From the human T2T-CHM13v2.0 reference genome, Homo sapiens, in assembly GCF_009914755.1 (NCBI RefSeq), contig NC_060929.1: 64,000 nucleotides of DNA, one strand, 5' to 3'. The position numbers were made by a program, and so were the translations under genes. Numbering within the stretch: position 1 is the stretch's first letter; every line of letters begins with the position of its first letter. The notes beneath the pieces were generated by a model that saw nothing but the letters and a program-made list of their open reading frames with translations, made no database searches and was not told where the DNA came from. Positions 14,360 through 30,800 of the stretch are shown here, piece by piece.

Positions 14360-15987
14360 CCAGACAAGCTCTAACTAAAAATGACACAAAAGCTTTTTTA
14401 ATAACTTGAAATAATACAGAGGGATTTCAGTGTAATTTCCAATATGCTGGATATGTTACCACAGAATCTCGTTGAAGGCTCCATGAGCCATAATGAAGAG
14501 AAGCACAAAAGTAGTATTTGAAAAGCATACTTGTTCTCGAGACAGGACAAAATCAGTGTTTTCATTTTCTTATGGAAGAGTTTCTCAGAAAAGAATTCAG
14601 GTAAGATAGCTAAATGCCATTCCCCATTTAATTAAAAATAAAGTTTTATCTGAAATGAATTAAACACAACTCTGTTTAATTAAACCCAAAACCTTTAAGA
14701 GGATCACTCCAGTAAGATCAATTAACATTCTCTTCCATATTGAACATAATTAGAATGGCAATTCTTGTAATCCACTGGCATAACCTTTAAAACTTGCTTG
14801 GTCTTTAAAACATATGTGGCATTTCCTTAAAAATCCAAACAGCTAAATCATAAAACCACATACTAAGTTTAATGTTAGTGCTCATTTTAAAATTAAAACT
14901 ATTCATAAAATAGAACTATTAAATCTTATTTGACAACTGGTATTTCTGAGTTACTTGAGAGTTCTGCATGAAAAATAGGTTCCAATAGGTGAAATAGGAA
15001 AATTAGATCTTAAATTAGTGAACTGGCATACAGAGCAAATATAAGATGAATTTGAATCATCACATTCTTTTTTTTTAAATAAACTAAGTTTCCTGTCAGG
15101 GTTTTTAAATATTTGCCTTAATTTATGAGTCACACAGCTTATGTAGACATAGCAAAATTTTGTTAATGCCAATAATAGTTTGGAAGAAAAGCTTTCATTT
15201 TCAAGCACTGTTCTGAAACATCCAGGAAAATCTGAAGAAACAGAAAAAATAATATTAACATGACCTTTGGCCACTGCTACTTTGTGATATGGTGATTACT
15301 AATGGGACTTTTTAAAGTATGCCTTACACTTTCAGAATTATACATGATATCATTTGCTACCAATATTTGGCAATATTTGCCAATATGCTGTTATGTTTCT
15401 CCCATCAAAAATAAAATATTTTGAAATATGCTCTATATGACCAGAGAGTGGTTGAGAAGATGTGCAAATGTAACATCCAACAGTGCTCAGGGACTTCCAA
15501 GAAGTTTGGCCTTGGGCATGCTCACCAAGGCATGGTAGAGCTTCAGGGTCCTCACGTTTGAATGGCCCCTCTGTTGGTTTCAAAGGCCGTATTTTCAAGT
15601 CTTCTGGCTGTCAGCCCAACAGGTATACCCATCAAGGAATTTCCAAGTTGTCCTTCAGACTCTCTGCTTTACATAATTTGCTTCTCTGATCCACTATTCC
15701 AGTGTAGGATGCTTCTCTGGAGATGACAACTCCTAACTCCTATGCTTTCTCTACTACTTCCATGTTGCATGGCTCTGCCTCTTGCTAGTTTGGTCATTAA
15801 TTTCAACTTGATTATTTCCTGATCAAGAAAATAACTTTACACATGAGAAATCAAATCACTTGACCACTGAGGATTAGTAATTTATTTTCTTCATCTTTGC
15901 CATACTTAAATTTTTTTTCTAACGTAACTTCAAAATTGTTCTAGACAATCTACAAGACACATAGAATTCAAAGATATTAAAATACTA

Positions 15988-16371
<384 letters not shown>

Positions 16372-19300
16372 CTATCACCTGATAGTTACACTCTGTGGGA
16401 TATATTAAGTTAGTGATCTGGACTCTGAGTTGTATGTGACGTTACACTTTAATATGACAGTTAGACAACAAAGATAGGAAACTCTTCAGGGAGGGAATAG
16501 GGGGCACTAGCTGGCCAGTGGCTGTGATCAATCCAGGACAAAGCAGGGCAAGATTCTGAGCTCACAGGAAAAACTCCAGATTGAACTGGTGGACATAATA
16601 TCTGTGTGTAGCTACTGCATGTAATTAGAAGACCAAAATTTTGGTAGATAAAAAGGCTTTGGCATTCAAATTTACTCATTTTAAAAGAGTAATTTGTCAT
16701 GTATTTCCTAAATAGTTGCATCAATTTTACTAAAATTAGAAGAGCCACACATTGCAGGTGCATAATTACACTTGCCATTAAACACAAACACAGATGCACA
16801 CAACAAAATTAGATGCAATCATTTCATTGAGAAAAGAATGCCACTCCTTTCTCATTCCACAGTTTTTATTTAAAAAATTAAACTAAGCTTTGATTTTTCT
16901 CAAAGACTGAAGGATATGCTGTGTGTGATTTTTTTTTATTTTGTCCACATTTTAGGTGGGAATTAGTGATGAGGTTATTCTAGAATAATGGAAACTTTAT
17001 GCAACAGTAGGCTAGGCTTCCTTCAGTGTAGTCATGAAAATAATCACTATATCACAGTCAACTCTACATAGTAGACACTGCAAAAAACAAATCTGTCTTC
17101 GACCCATCTTAGAATGGCCCTTGCTATAATTTTACCTACCATATCCAAGTGGGGAAAAAGACAAGGGAGGGTGTTCATTCATTGGTTATGAGCCTAGCAG
17201 TATGGTTACACCTTTCATAGATGCCATCTTATTTCAGTTCTACAATAATCCCTTGAGGTAATGTTGGCTCCATTTTTTAAGATGAGGAGTCCTGGGATGG
17301 TGAATTCATAGATCCAGCTAATAAGGATAGTAAAATGCAGAGCTAGAAATTTGAATTGCAGTAATTTGGATCTAGTTTGGTATTTTACCTCCTCACCCCT
17401 GGGAGATACGTTTTCTCTAGTCTAAGCCAGGCTGGCCATGTCACTGATATCGAGTCTCACGGTATAAATCCTGTAGGCCTAAGTGAGTACATTTCTTCTA
17501 GTATTTGGACTTTTAGAAGACAAATTTTATGATGATTTATCTTAAATAAATTTTTCTGGGACATTTTTTGTCATAGACTGTAAGACCATACTGATGTTTT
17601 TTTAAAATTGAGATTAAAAACTTAGAATGTTTTTCAAGCTAATACGACTTTGGGAATGATTAAACTGAATTCCACATCAGAATTCTCACTAGTATTAGTC
17701 CTAGTAAAAATAATTCATTGGAGTATATATATATATGAATAAAGCTTTTTATTCTAGACTTGATGCAACTTTAGCGGTACCAGGGAGCAAAGTTCATCCT
17801 TATGTCATTATAATGACTAAATCTTAGCAAAGATCCTGCTGATTAATTCAGTTTTCTCATGGTAGGATCATAATTTCATTTCCCTTCTTTCCAATTCTTA
17901 TTGCACAAACTTTTCAGTTTTAATATTAAATAATGTATTTTAAACTTTTTTAGCTAGTGGATTAAGCAATAAAACCAGTTACAGTTTTAAAAATAATGGT
18001 GATCCCTTAAAATTAGATTCATTTAATCCATTGTAAATAGTTATGTGAATATTTCTTGAAATGGGGTCACTCATTGGTATAACTATTGTATTAATATTCT
18101 ACATTTCATTTTACTATTATGCAATCACTTTATTTAAAATGGTATGCGGAGTATGTGGGTTAATGTAACAAAAGTTCCTATCAAATTGTAAGAAACTAAA
18201 CTTCTTTCAGTTTCTCAAACATATTATACTTTCTTTTACTTCTTGGACTTCACATAAGTTCTTTCTGGAACTTATTTTTTAACTCAATCTTCCTATTCCT
18301 ACTTGTAGACACAACTAAGTCCTGATCATATTTTAGGTTTCTGCTCAAATATCCTTTCTCAGTATATCTTTCTGAATTCTCAGACCAGATCTCTGGTTTA
18401 TGTTCTAAGTAAGTCTTCTAATTTACCAGTATACACATTTTAATTTTATTTCTTGTTTATAGCTCTGTGTTTATTGGCTATAAACTTTTTAAGGGCAGGA
18501 AACTATTCTTCTGTCTTCATTTCTGGACACCAGAATCTAGTCCTAGAATTCATGTGATAAACATCTGTTGCATGAGTGGTAAGTGATACTGAGTTATATT
18601 GCAAACGTGCAAGTTTGGTTAAAAATCTCATAGGATAGTGTAACAAAATCATTGAAATCAGAACCAATGACCACTATTTGTGCCATTCCCTCCTGAGTAA
18701 CCTGAATGATGATGTGTAATGATGCTGAACATCCAGGAGACCTGTCTCTTCTAGGGATGGCAACAGGGAACATGGCATGTCCGGTTCTTGGGGCAGGTAT
18801 GGGCAGATTCAGTGCTTCTCACTATGAAGGATTATTCTGCACTGTATCTAGATTAGATCTTAATAAGATTTAAGGTCTTAATGCACAACTGTAGACACCA
18901 TACTCTCCTTCTCTGGATTCCTGGCAAGTATCAATAAGAAAGACAGTCATATTTGTTTCCATTTGTGTGACATCCTTTTCACTTTGAAAATAAGAAAATT
19001 GTGCTCCAGAAAAGACAGATCTTTTGCCCGAGGGCTTACAATAAGTTAGTGACAAAGTTGAACCTTTCTAAACAGCAAAGTCAAACCTTTCTAAACAGCA
19101 TATTTTAAGACATTTTGTTGAAGCCCAGTAGTACCTTGTCGCCTCTGCCAACAAACCTCAAGCAGGTGGGAATTTTAAGAAGTCCCGCATTGAGCATTGA
19201 TATAGAGGTGATTCAACAAGTCACTAGGGACTTGAGGGATTCTAGCACAATACAATTGCAAAATTGTAAAACCTTAGCTCTGTGAGAGAACTGTTCTCAT

Positions 19301-20501
19301 TTAGAGCTGCTGAGTTTTAATAGTCACTGTATTCGTATTAAACTGCATTTTTCTCTTTCCTATGTTTACTTTCTGCTTGTCAAGTAAAAGATCAATGTTT
19401 TGGACAGAGAAGGTGACAGGGTTGGCCAAGAAGATTTTGTTTTCCTCAGCTCCTCTGAGTGAGCTCCATCTCATTCAAAAACAGATCAAGCTAAATGTGA
19501 AGCAGGAGGCATTTACTGTGCTCCACTTCCCAACTGCCAGGGCCTCACAAGAGGTAACTTCAGGGCTGCGCTGCAAGGCTGTATGGGTTCTGTTTGCATA
19601 AGGGTACCCAGCTGAGAGGATGAGACTGACTGAAAAGCATCCTGGGCTGCACTCATCAAGGTATGCCCCAGCATCACTGATACACCAGAGGAAAGAGCAC
19701 TTTTGCACAAATGCACCCTATGGGTATGAAGTGACCCACACTCACTCATTATCTTGGGCTGGGATATTCCCTTCTTTCTCCCTACTCAGCTACTATGATT
19801 GGACCTGAAAGTTCCTAAATAAAGCTGTGTCCTAAAAAGCATTAATTGGTAACTTTAATGCTATTGCTGATCTCCCCATTTTCTTTGTAGTTCTATGCAC
19901 ATTTTGTTTACCAGCAGAAAAAATAGTAAGTTTGATTTACTCATCTTTGGTTAGAAAATTGCTTCTACTTTATTTTGGAGACATAAAAAAGTAGGTAAAC
20001 TGTTTTCAAATCATAAAGAAAATACTACAAAATAAAATAGATTTCTCTAATATGTTTTGCATTTATTCGACCCATTTTTAAAAACCACCTGGAAAGTTAA
20101 TATATTTATGTGATATATAAACAGATTTCAGTATATTTTTTAAAAAAACAAAGAATAAAACTTCCTAAAGAGATTTTATACTTTCCATATTTAAATCTTA
20201 TTAGCATTTTAATTAATGACGTTATTTATAAGCAAACACTGTTAAATGCTGTATTTTCCTGTTGCATTTTTTCCCCTAAGAGTTGAATAACGGGAAGAAC
20301 ACTGTAATTCCATGGTTATGTTTCTGTAAACTTCCATGGCTGAACAAACAAAACAATCACCAAATAGTGGATAGACTTTTCTAAAACAAAGTCTTTCACC
20401 ATGAATTAAAAAAAATTATTTGTCATTCTCTGCCTCTTGTTGATTTGTATGATCTGACAGATGGATTAAAAGTTGTCCATTAATGTGAGCAGTGAGCTTA
20501 G

Positions 20502-20828
<327 letters not shown>

Positions 20829-22210
20829 TAGACTCCAAGTAATAGGGAGCTGGGAGTTCTTGGTCCCTACTTCTATTTCCCACAAAGCCTCTCTAAATGA
20901 TCATTTTGTCATAAATTATGGTGTGCTTGCTCTACAAACACAGCTTAAAGGAATATGTCCTACCTCTGCCTCTACCTTCTCCAAGACAATTCCGACAAGA
21001 TGTACTTCTTAAATCCTTTTTACATGGAACTTCTGGACTCTTCACTGAAGAGCTCAGCTGTGGCCAGCAGATGCCTGACTATGTATTTGCATCCATTACA
21101 AATACCTTGTTAGACCAGGATAGCTCCCCCAAGGGAGTACCTTTCAAAAGAAGGAAAGCTGGGCTTTTAAAACAATGGATAATCTCATAAGGGGTGCTGT
21201 TGTTGGTGGTGGGATGTCCCAGCGTTTTTCACTGATAGTTAAGTAGAGCTGCTGTGGAAAAATCCAGGGGTCTAGGTGTTTTTTGGAATATACAAAATAA
21301 TCAGATTCAAAGCTAGGGACACAAAGTGTCCTGTTTTCTTATTTGTCTTTTGATTTAAAATAACAGAGCCACATGATTTTGGATAAAACTTGGCTCCAGT
21401 ACTACTAATCTCTAGTTTCTATGTTAATGCTAAGAAAGAGGCAGGGAAAATAACTCACATGGCACTTAACATCCTTCCAGGCACATGCAGCATATTTTAT
21501 AGGCCTGATACCATTCAGCCTTTCAACAGCCCTCTGGAATGGGCATTTACTATATTTCTCAGATGAAGAAATTGTTGCCCAGGGGTAAAATGCTATTCCC
21601 AATTTCACATAGGTAGTAGCTATGGGGATTAAGATTTGAGTTCAAATCCTAAAGACTGTGTTTTTTTTTTTTAATTATATGAATCCATTGAGCTAAAAAC
21701 AGCTTTGAGGATTTTAAATGCCATCCAGTGACAATTTCTACAAACTGTAGACAAAAGATCCCAAATGTCATTTAGAGTCATTCAGGGGCATTCCTGGTAA
21801 CTTTAACCCATTCCCCAAATAGAAAATATTATGCTGAGTTCCTATATAATAAAGGCTACTGAGTTGATCACCTGAATTTATCTGTGGATCCAAAGGATTC
21901 ATCTGATTCCCAGCAATCCACTAAACACAGGAGAGCCAGAATACAAAATAGCATCTTTACCACCAGAACGAAATAGAGATTAAAACTTTTGATGTGGAAG
22001 TCAATTTAAGCATATTTGCTTGAAAGTTAATAAACTATTAGACTTTTCAGTATCTATTCACCAGGAATAGAGGCACAATGCAAAACAATTACAGATGAGC
22101 AGTCTGCTAAAATCATTATCTATTGACCGAAAATCATCATTATATCAGCATCATAACTTAGATCAATTAAATGTACCAGGGAAATGAAAGCAAATGAGAT
22201 GAAGTGAAAA

Positions 22211-22458
22211 TAGGATTGCTGAATTTGGCAAAATAAAACAAGAAATGTCTATCAACTTTGAATTTCAGATAAACTACATTTTTTAAAAGTATAAGTACAT
22301 CCCATGTAATATTTAGTAAGCACAAACCTGCACATTGTGCACATGTACCCTAAAACTTAAAGTATAATAATAATAAAATAAAATAAAATAAAATATTCAC
22401 CATTTATAATAAATTTAAATTTAACTAAGTTTAACTGTATTTTTATCTGGTAGTCTTA
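22211..22458. mobile_element. MER53-like palindromic hAT MITE interrupted by an L1 3' stub
   Basis: tttgaatttcagataaac...agtataagtacatcccatgtaatattt and ...aaatttaaatttaact...tgtatttttatctgg match the remembered MER53 arms. Confidence 0.65.
22322..22393 (+). mobile_element. Ultra-short L1PA 3' terminus plus tail
   Basis: acaaacctgcacattgtgcacatgtaccctaaaacttaaagtataat matches the L1PA ends at ~2042-2088 and ~57855-57900. Confidence 0.9.
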
Positions 22459-22509
22459 AAGCAAATGCTATATACAGTTTTACAGGGAACTTAGTCATTC
22501 TAATCAATA

Positions 22510-22735
22510 AAATAATAGCTAACATTTTCATATCAGTTATCCTTTAAGCACTTTATAAATGCTAATTTATTTACACAACCCTATAAAATAGGTACTATTA
22601 TTCCTATTTAGCAAATAAGAATATTGAGATAGTAACAGATGGATTTGCCCATTGTCATGCAACTAGTGGCAGAGAAGGGGTTTGAACCCAGAAGGTCCTG
22701 TTATAGAGTTTAACACTCTAACCACTTCAGATACT
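22510..22735 (-). mobile_element. MIR fragment
   Basis: aatagctaacattt...acaaccctat...ggtactattattcc...tttgaacccag. Confidence 0.6.
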
Positions 22736-23401
22736 GTCTCCTATGAAATGTATCAGTGAATTCAAAATCCTACAAATTGCACATAGATTGATAACTCTTG
22801 AAAATAGTATTCAACACCATATTAACGTGCATCATGCACTTACTTTACCCAAGGCCTCTTTAACAGACAGCAACAGTAAACTTAATATTCCATCTTCACT
22901 GATCATATTTTCTCTCTTCAAATGGTACTTCAGAAATTGGTAATACCTCATGGTCATTGTTCAGAATATCTGTTATTGTGTTACATATATCAAAGGGCAA
23001 AATAAAAAAATTGATTTAAATTTCATAATTTAATTATATATATAAAGGGTATATATAGATATATAATTATATATATATATATTCTAGCCAGAGAACACTT
23101 AAATTACAGATACGAAAACAGATCTTCTTTCTCATAAATTTTAGATTTGATTCTATATATGGATGTTTAATACACTTTATTTCCTACAGAGATAAGAGAA
23201 ATTAAAGATTTGTTGTTGGATTTATTCATTTAATAAAAGATCAATATAAGCTGGAATTTTTATCCTTTGCATACTGGTACCACAGAATTTCTTTAATTTG
23301 GAGTGTCCTGATACTTTAATCTTAAATTGCAATTAGATTAATGCTTAAGTAATCTTCAAAAGTCAGTATATCTAAGTAAGTCCCATTAGAATGGGACTTC
23401 A

Positions 23402-23840
<439 letters not shown>

Positions 23841-24086
23841 CTAATAACATCAGAATCTCTGGGGATAAAATTTAAGAATCTCCGTTTTCAGCCAGCCCAT
23901 GCCACCAGCTGATTCTGATGCAGGAGGTCTCCAAACCATGCTTTGAGAAAATGACTTTGACACCAACATGTAAGAAGATACAGGCAGCTGGTGGTGTGCT
24001 TTTTCCCACTGAGATCTTTAAAGCTGCTTTATTTTTAGAATTTTCCCTATTTCTCATTACAGAGCTTTAAGACAGCTTGTAGAAAA

Positions 24087-24275
24087 TGTGTGTGTGTGCA
24101 TATATATATACATATATAGTATATATATGTATATACTATATATGTATATATGTATATACACACATATATATGCACACACACATATACATATACTTACATA
24201 TATACTTATATGTATATACTTATATACTTATATTTGTGTATATCTCTACCTATATATATATATAGATATATATAA
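24087..24275. repeat. (TG)/(TA)/(CATA)-rich compound microsatellite
   Basis: Low-complexity alternating purine-pyrimidine tract. Confidence 0.9.
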
Positions 24276-24780
24276 AATTTAGTGTTGCAGTCTAAAGGAC
24301 TTTGGATTCATTACCGTGTATTACAGATTTTCCCACATCGTAAGGCATATGCCTAACAGAACAGATGGGTCCTGTGGTATTTAACAAAGGGCCATCAAAT
24401 CCTACAGCTTTGGGGATTAAAACCCTACAGTGCTTTTTCATGAAATAAACAAAGATTGAACCTTTAATAGGTGGTAGGATGTTAAGAATGGGGTGAAAAG
24501 TGACTCAGAGTTTAACTCAAATAATAGTTGTTCCACTCATTTACCTTAAACCCTCTTAACCACATTTGGTTTTGCTAATTATGTTGCATATAGAATAGCA
24601 ATAGTAATCATATACACCCAATGCCATAATGATAATACAACCCTGAATGTAACTGCTATCAAATTTTGTTCCATATTTTATTTTAAAACTATAGGACAAG
24701 GTATCATAAAAATAGAAATTAATAATGTAATTAATAATGGCTATAAATATCACTTTGCTTTTTTTTCTTATGATGGGTAA

Positions 24781-25200
<420 letters not shown>

Positions 25201-26436
25201 TAAATTTTTTTTATTTAGAGGACACAAAGCATGAGAGGAGAAAATATATTGGATACAGAAATCTTGTTATTCAAAGAGCCTATAGTATGGCTTGTTAAAT
25301 GAGGAAAATCTGTAACGCAAAAAATAATGATGCTTTCATAGCAGAGTTCCTATTACTCAACACGTGGGAAAGCCTACAAAATGTCTACTGCTTATGTTTG
25401 GTGTCCCATTTTAAAACGGTGAATATCCTAATATGTATTCTACATTAAAGTTTAATGTATGTCAGAACCTTTCATTGGAACCAGCAGACAGAAATTTACT
25501 TATTAACATAGAGAAATGAACATAGAAATGAACACAGAGGAGGCAAAACCAAAGCATGTGAATATCTGCAGAAGGACAAACTAAAGTTAACATAAAGACA
25601 AGTAGTAGCGATGATCCTCTGTCATTTTAAGCAAGAGAAAACAGTTTTAAAGAAAGTTAAATGCAGTTTAAGAAACGGGACAAAATTTTTACAACTTGAG
25701 TGACAAATAAGTATTTGTGTACTGTTGTAAACTTCTTTGAGGAACTGTTTCTCAGAAAGTAAAAGTGTTCACTTGTTACTTTCCTTGCTTAGAGTGGTCC
25801 ATGCATATGACTCATTTTATTCATGACAGGGGTCGACTATTCCTCAGGTATATCTGGGTTAACTTTAGCTTATGTGCACCATTCTGAAGATGAAATTGAT
25901 AACAATGCTTTGGATTCATTTAGATAATTTCAAATGCTTGGTTTACACAGATATGAACAAAAAATTGATGAAATTGTTTGTTATATGAAGTAGGAACAGA
26001 GGCACGCAGTGAACTGGAAAACCAAGTTTGCGGATACACATATGTTGTATATATTGTGCTGTACTGAAAAAATCATGTTGATGCAAAAAAAGGCTGTTAA
26101 GGTTAAACCACATTCTATGTGATGTCAGCCACAGGCAGCCATGAAAAAATGGAACTCAACAGAAAAGGGAGAAACTGGATTTTTGGGTCAAGTTCTGCCA
26201 TTTGCAGGATTAAGTCATGTAATGTCAGCAAATTGTATTTTTCATGTTTTGAGACAGGGTAATTTATACAAATAATATGTACACATTATACATGTGTATA
26301 CATATGTACACATATTATTAGAAAGATACAGTAAAAAAAATAGAAAAGCCCTTTGAAAACAACAAAGTGCTATAGAAATACAATTTAATTATTACATGAT
26401 ATTCCAAAGCGGTTCCTATAGGATATTAGGGTAGTT

Positions 26437-26770
26437 ATTTTTATTTTTATTTTTTATTTTACTTTAAGTTCTGGGATACATGTGCAGAATGTGCAGGTTT
26501 GTAACATAGGGATACATGTGCCAGGGTAGTTCGCTGCACCTATCAACCCGTCATCTAGGTTTTAAGCCCCACATGTGTTAGGTATTTGTCCTAATGCTAT
26601 CCCTCTCCTTGACCCCACCCCTCGACAGGCCCCTGTGTGTGATGTCCCCCTCCCTGTGTCCATGTGTTCTCATTGTTTAAATCCCACTTATGAGTGAGAA
26701 TATGCGGTGTTTGGTTTCCTGTTCCTGTGTTAGTTTGCTGAGAATGATGGTTTCCAGCTGCATCCATGTT
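26437..26770 (-). mobile_element. L1PA 3' end (L1PA7/8-like), sense to EDIL3
   Basis: T-rich tail, actttaagttctgggatacatgtgcag ... cccacttatgagtgagaa ... catccatgtt. Confidence 0.88.
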
Positions 26771-27476
26771 AAAAAGCACTCCATGAAAAATAAGTTAGAA
26801 AATCATCAACTAAAAAGAGTTAAACAACTCCCTTTCCTACAGGACTCTTAAGAGTCTTTACTATGTTAATATGCATGTGAGAAATTAAGAACATAAAAGA
26901 GGATATAGAATTTACAAAATGTATTTCAGCCCAGAACCATTTTTTTTTTGGAATTACTGCTTACCTTATGGGAGTAGTGATTTTCAGGATACATCTTGGA
27001 AAATGCTGATACAATTTGTTATTCGGAGAGAAAGAGAATGTAATTTGTTTTAAAGGACTGCATTTTTAGGACGAAATTTTCCTAATTAGATCAGTTCAAA
27101 ATCAAAGCAGGAAAAGAAGGTCATTTTGAAAACTGGGTCTGTCGTCAGAAGAACCCAAATCTCGTAGTGGAACTATCTGAAGAAAGGGTCATCTGGATAA
27201 TGGAAATTTTGTGTTGGGCTAGTAGTTTTGGATTCACAAAAAGGACTAGGAACCAAGAGCTCTGCGGGCGGTAGAAAGCCTAAGGTGGATGTCAGCTATG
27301 GCAGCAAGCTAGACCCATGTGTACTAAGAAGCCAGAAGTCGAAGTGGCAGCAGTTGGCACCATAAGAGCCAGGGCAGTTCCTGAAACTTCAACAGAGATG
27401 AGGGTGGGCTGCCGAGAAACAACCAATTACCCTTCAGGGGGCAGGCCAGAGCTGGAGTGTAAAGCCAAAGAGTAGA

Positions 27477-27840
27477 TACATTAGTCCATTTTCACACTGC
27501 TGATAAAGACATACTCAAGACTGGGTAATTTACAAAGAAAAAAAGGTTTAATGGACTCACAGTTCCACATGGCTAAGGAGACCTCACAATCACAGTGGAG
27601 GCAAAAGACATGTCTTAGATGGCCATGGGGAGAATGAGAGAATGAGGGCCAAGAGAAAGAGGAAAACCCTTATAAAACCATCAGATCTCATGAGACTTAT
27701 TCATTACCATGAGAGAGGTATGAGGGAAACTGCCCCCATGATTTAATTATCTCCCTCTAGGTCCCTCCCACAATGCATAGGAATTATGGGAGCTACAATT
27801 CAAGATGAGATTTGGGTGAGGACACAGCCAAACCATATCA
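27477..27840 (-). mobile_element. THE1 (MaLR) solo LTR
   Basis: ttagtccattttcacactgctgataaagac ... gacacagccaaaccatatca. Perfect TSD gtaga at 27472-27476 and 27841-27845. Confidence 0.93.
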
Positions 27841-30800
27841 GTAGATAAACCAATCAACAAGCAACCAGCAAAGCTCAGGTGGAGAAGAAGTCAGGGGAGG
27901 AGAGCAGTAAGACACATATCAGAAACTGTCAGAAGTAGAGGGCAGGTCAAATGGCAAGAGCAGCATAAAGATTCTTTGACTGGGCCTGGGCAAGGAACCT
28001 AAGCAATTAGTTCAGAAGTCAAAACTTTGGTTGGCTTTAATACTAAGGTCACAATCTCTTCTAGTGAAAAAAAAATGTACATCTATTTTTTAAAATATAA
28101 ACTAATTCCAGAAAGTTATTACCTAGAAGCTGCAAGCAGATAAATGTGTCCTTAGTCACATCTTAAATAATCTCAGAAAAGAATTTTACCAAAGATCAAT
28201 ACAGAAAAGGCTTTGTCTAGGTCCAGAAGACACACTATGCTAAAGAATTATAATAGCGGCATAAAACGAACAAAGACATTAGACATTTGAAAGTCACTTC
28301 ACTGAGGCATGTTTTCCTTGCACAAATGCTAATTGTATTAATTAAAAAGAAATGAATGCAAAATTTTCTATAAATAAATTTTATTTTGATATCAGCCAGC
28401 AAATCAATACTTCATAAATGAGAGACATTTACAATCATAAATGTAAACAAAAAGTGAACTACCTATTATTATAGCATTACTGGCTTTGAGGAAATATTAC
28501 AAAAGTCTCTAGGATAAACCAAAGCAATTGAGCCAGGTGAGCTTAACTATGAGCAAGCTCGCTGGACAGAGCAGGGTTCTCTAAAACATAATGTATGAAT
28601 AACAAACATATCGTTGGGTTGTGGGCAGAAAATATTAGAGTTTACATTCCTATTTCCTATTTGTTTTATTTTAAACCAAAAATGTAGGAATTGCATTTTC
28701 CAAATATTTCATACATGTGTATGTGTGTGTATCCAATGCTCAGGAGCACTGGAAGGGATATACGATTGTTACAATGTGGCACCACAAATTTAGAGGGCAA
28801 GCTGAATCCACAGAATCTGCAGAGCCTGGCTGGACCCACCAGGAGCTCTTATTCAAGACAAGATAAGTGACCAGAGCTATGCTGGTCAGGACTGGGCATT
28901 GGAGAGGCTTCCTAATCCAACAGATATCCCCTGAAAAAAATGAGTCACTTCAATCATTATAATAGTCTAGAAAATACTGTGGTAAAAATCATCTCATAGG
29001 CTTCCTGACAAGTGCTGAATCCCCTTTAGACCACTGACTGGCTCTGCAATCTTTAACAAGCTTCTCTGACTCTTCATTATAAAGCAAACATAACTTAGCT
29101 CACGGAGAGGGCTGCTTTAAAGACAAAATGAGATTACTGATTACAATTGATTCTAATTTTATTTAAAAGCCTTTACAAATGCTCATAATATTTGAAACAG
29201 TATTCCCAAGTTCTAAATTTTACTCATTGGCATATTTTCAGTTCATATTTTTAGAAGAGAATGGTTACCATTCTTACAGCTATGCTTTGTTGCTACAAAG
29301 ATAACTAATACGCCACAAACGAAAATTCATTTGCACACACAGGAATCAGAAGTCATCTAATTTGCATTATCATAAAACAGGAGCAGGTCTGCTGTGCACA
29401 TGAAATTCTTTTAATTTCTGTCGTGGTTTTTCAATGGTTTCAATACCACTTCTAAGCAGAAGCATTCAACATCCTACACTTCTGTTTCTTGCTTTTGGAA
29501 TTTTGAATTAATGACAATTATGGCATCAGTAATCATACATGCAGGCAGACATAATACTGAATATGTCTTTCAGTTCCTTGCACCTGACATTGTGTTTTGT
29601 TATAACAGGTGCCCCAAATATACTTATTTTAATTCAAAAAGTATAAAGTCATTTAAAATAACCTCCAAACCATAAAGGTTCCATGCATTTTTTAATGTAC
29701 CACTAGAGCTTGTCTTTCTGAGATTGTACCCTGTATCTGGGGTTAATCTATTTCCTTCTCTTTGGCACCAGAAACTATTACTTTGGGCCTTTTTCATGAT
29801 TTTCTATATGCAAGCACTTACTTATTAAATATTAAGTAAGTATTTAATAATCACTTACTATATCTTACTTCCTTGTCTTATGGAAGTTTTTGTTTTCTAA
29901 GCTGTTTTTAGAGAGATGTAAGATACTAAACCAAATAAATGACTCAAAATTAGAAGGGATGGAAAGGTAGGGGCAATATTTTGAGTATTAAGTAGATGTG
30001 TTATTCATTGTATAAAAGTTAACTTTTTATAGGTCTATTTGAAGGTTAGATGGCTATATCTGTATCAATAATTGTTACATGACTTTTTATTAGCTTCATA
30101 CTTGTGCTACCTTGTGAAGAAATTAGCTGGTGTCTTGATAATTTTCTGATTTCTTTGGATTCGTCCAGTCATGATTTAGACACCAGAATTTTACTTGTGT
30201 GAGGAATTTTAAAAGGAGAAGATAGGCTGGGGCTGATCTTTTTTTGTAGTATCTCCATTTTACATAAAAAAAGAAAGAATATTGAAGTCTCAGAGTATTG
30301 ATATAATTTGTCAGCCCTCACATCTATATTTTGTACCTCAAATTATGCACTCCTTATACTACATTGATATTGGCTGCACTTTTGTTTGCACTTAAGTATT
30401 TTCTGTACAAATGTCCTTTCAATTTTGTTTTGTTTATAAAAAGTTCTTTTTTCTAATTGGATAGTGGGGATTCCCTTTGACATCATAAAATTATAAAAAT
30501 CAAAAAGATTTCTTATTCATGGTATGTGGTTTAAAAAAATGAAAAAATACATAAAGATGACTTATAGTCCTAGGAAAGTGTGAGCATCCTTCGATTCACT
30601 TAGCACACTCCAACATATGTCAATACTATAGAAGAACGGAAGCTGTCTCACAATCATATACAAGTTTCATTACTTGACCTCTTTTAGATCTTCTTTATAG
30701 GTGAACCTTCATAAATGAGAAATATTGGAACTGTGATTTGGAAATCAGAATAATCCTTCATATTGACAAATGTTTCCAGTGGCCTGGTGGTCACTTAATT

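Noticed and set aside
19061-19100. aacctttctaaacagca repeated twice
   Set aside because: Small local duplication with no further structure.
23378-23399. Perfect 10-bp hairpin aagtcccatt-ag-aatgggactt just before an Alu
   Set aside because: Too short for a pre-miRNA; plausible by chance in 64 kb.
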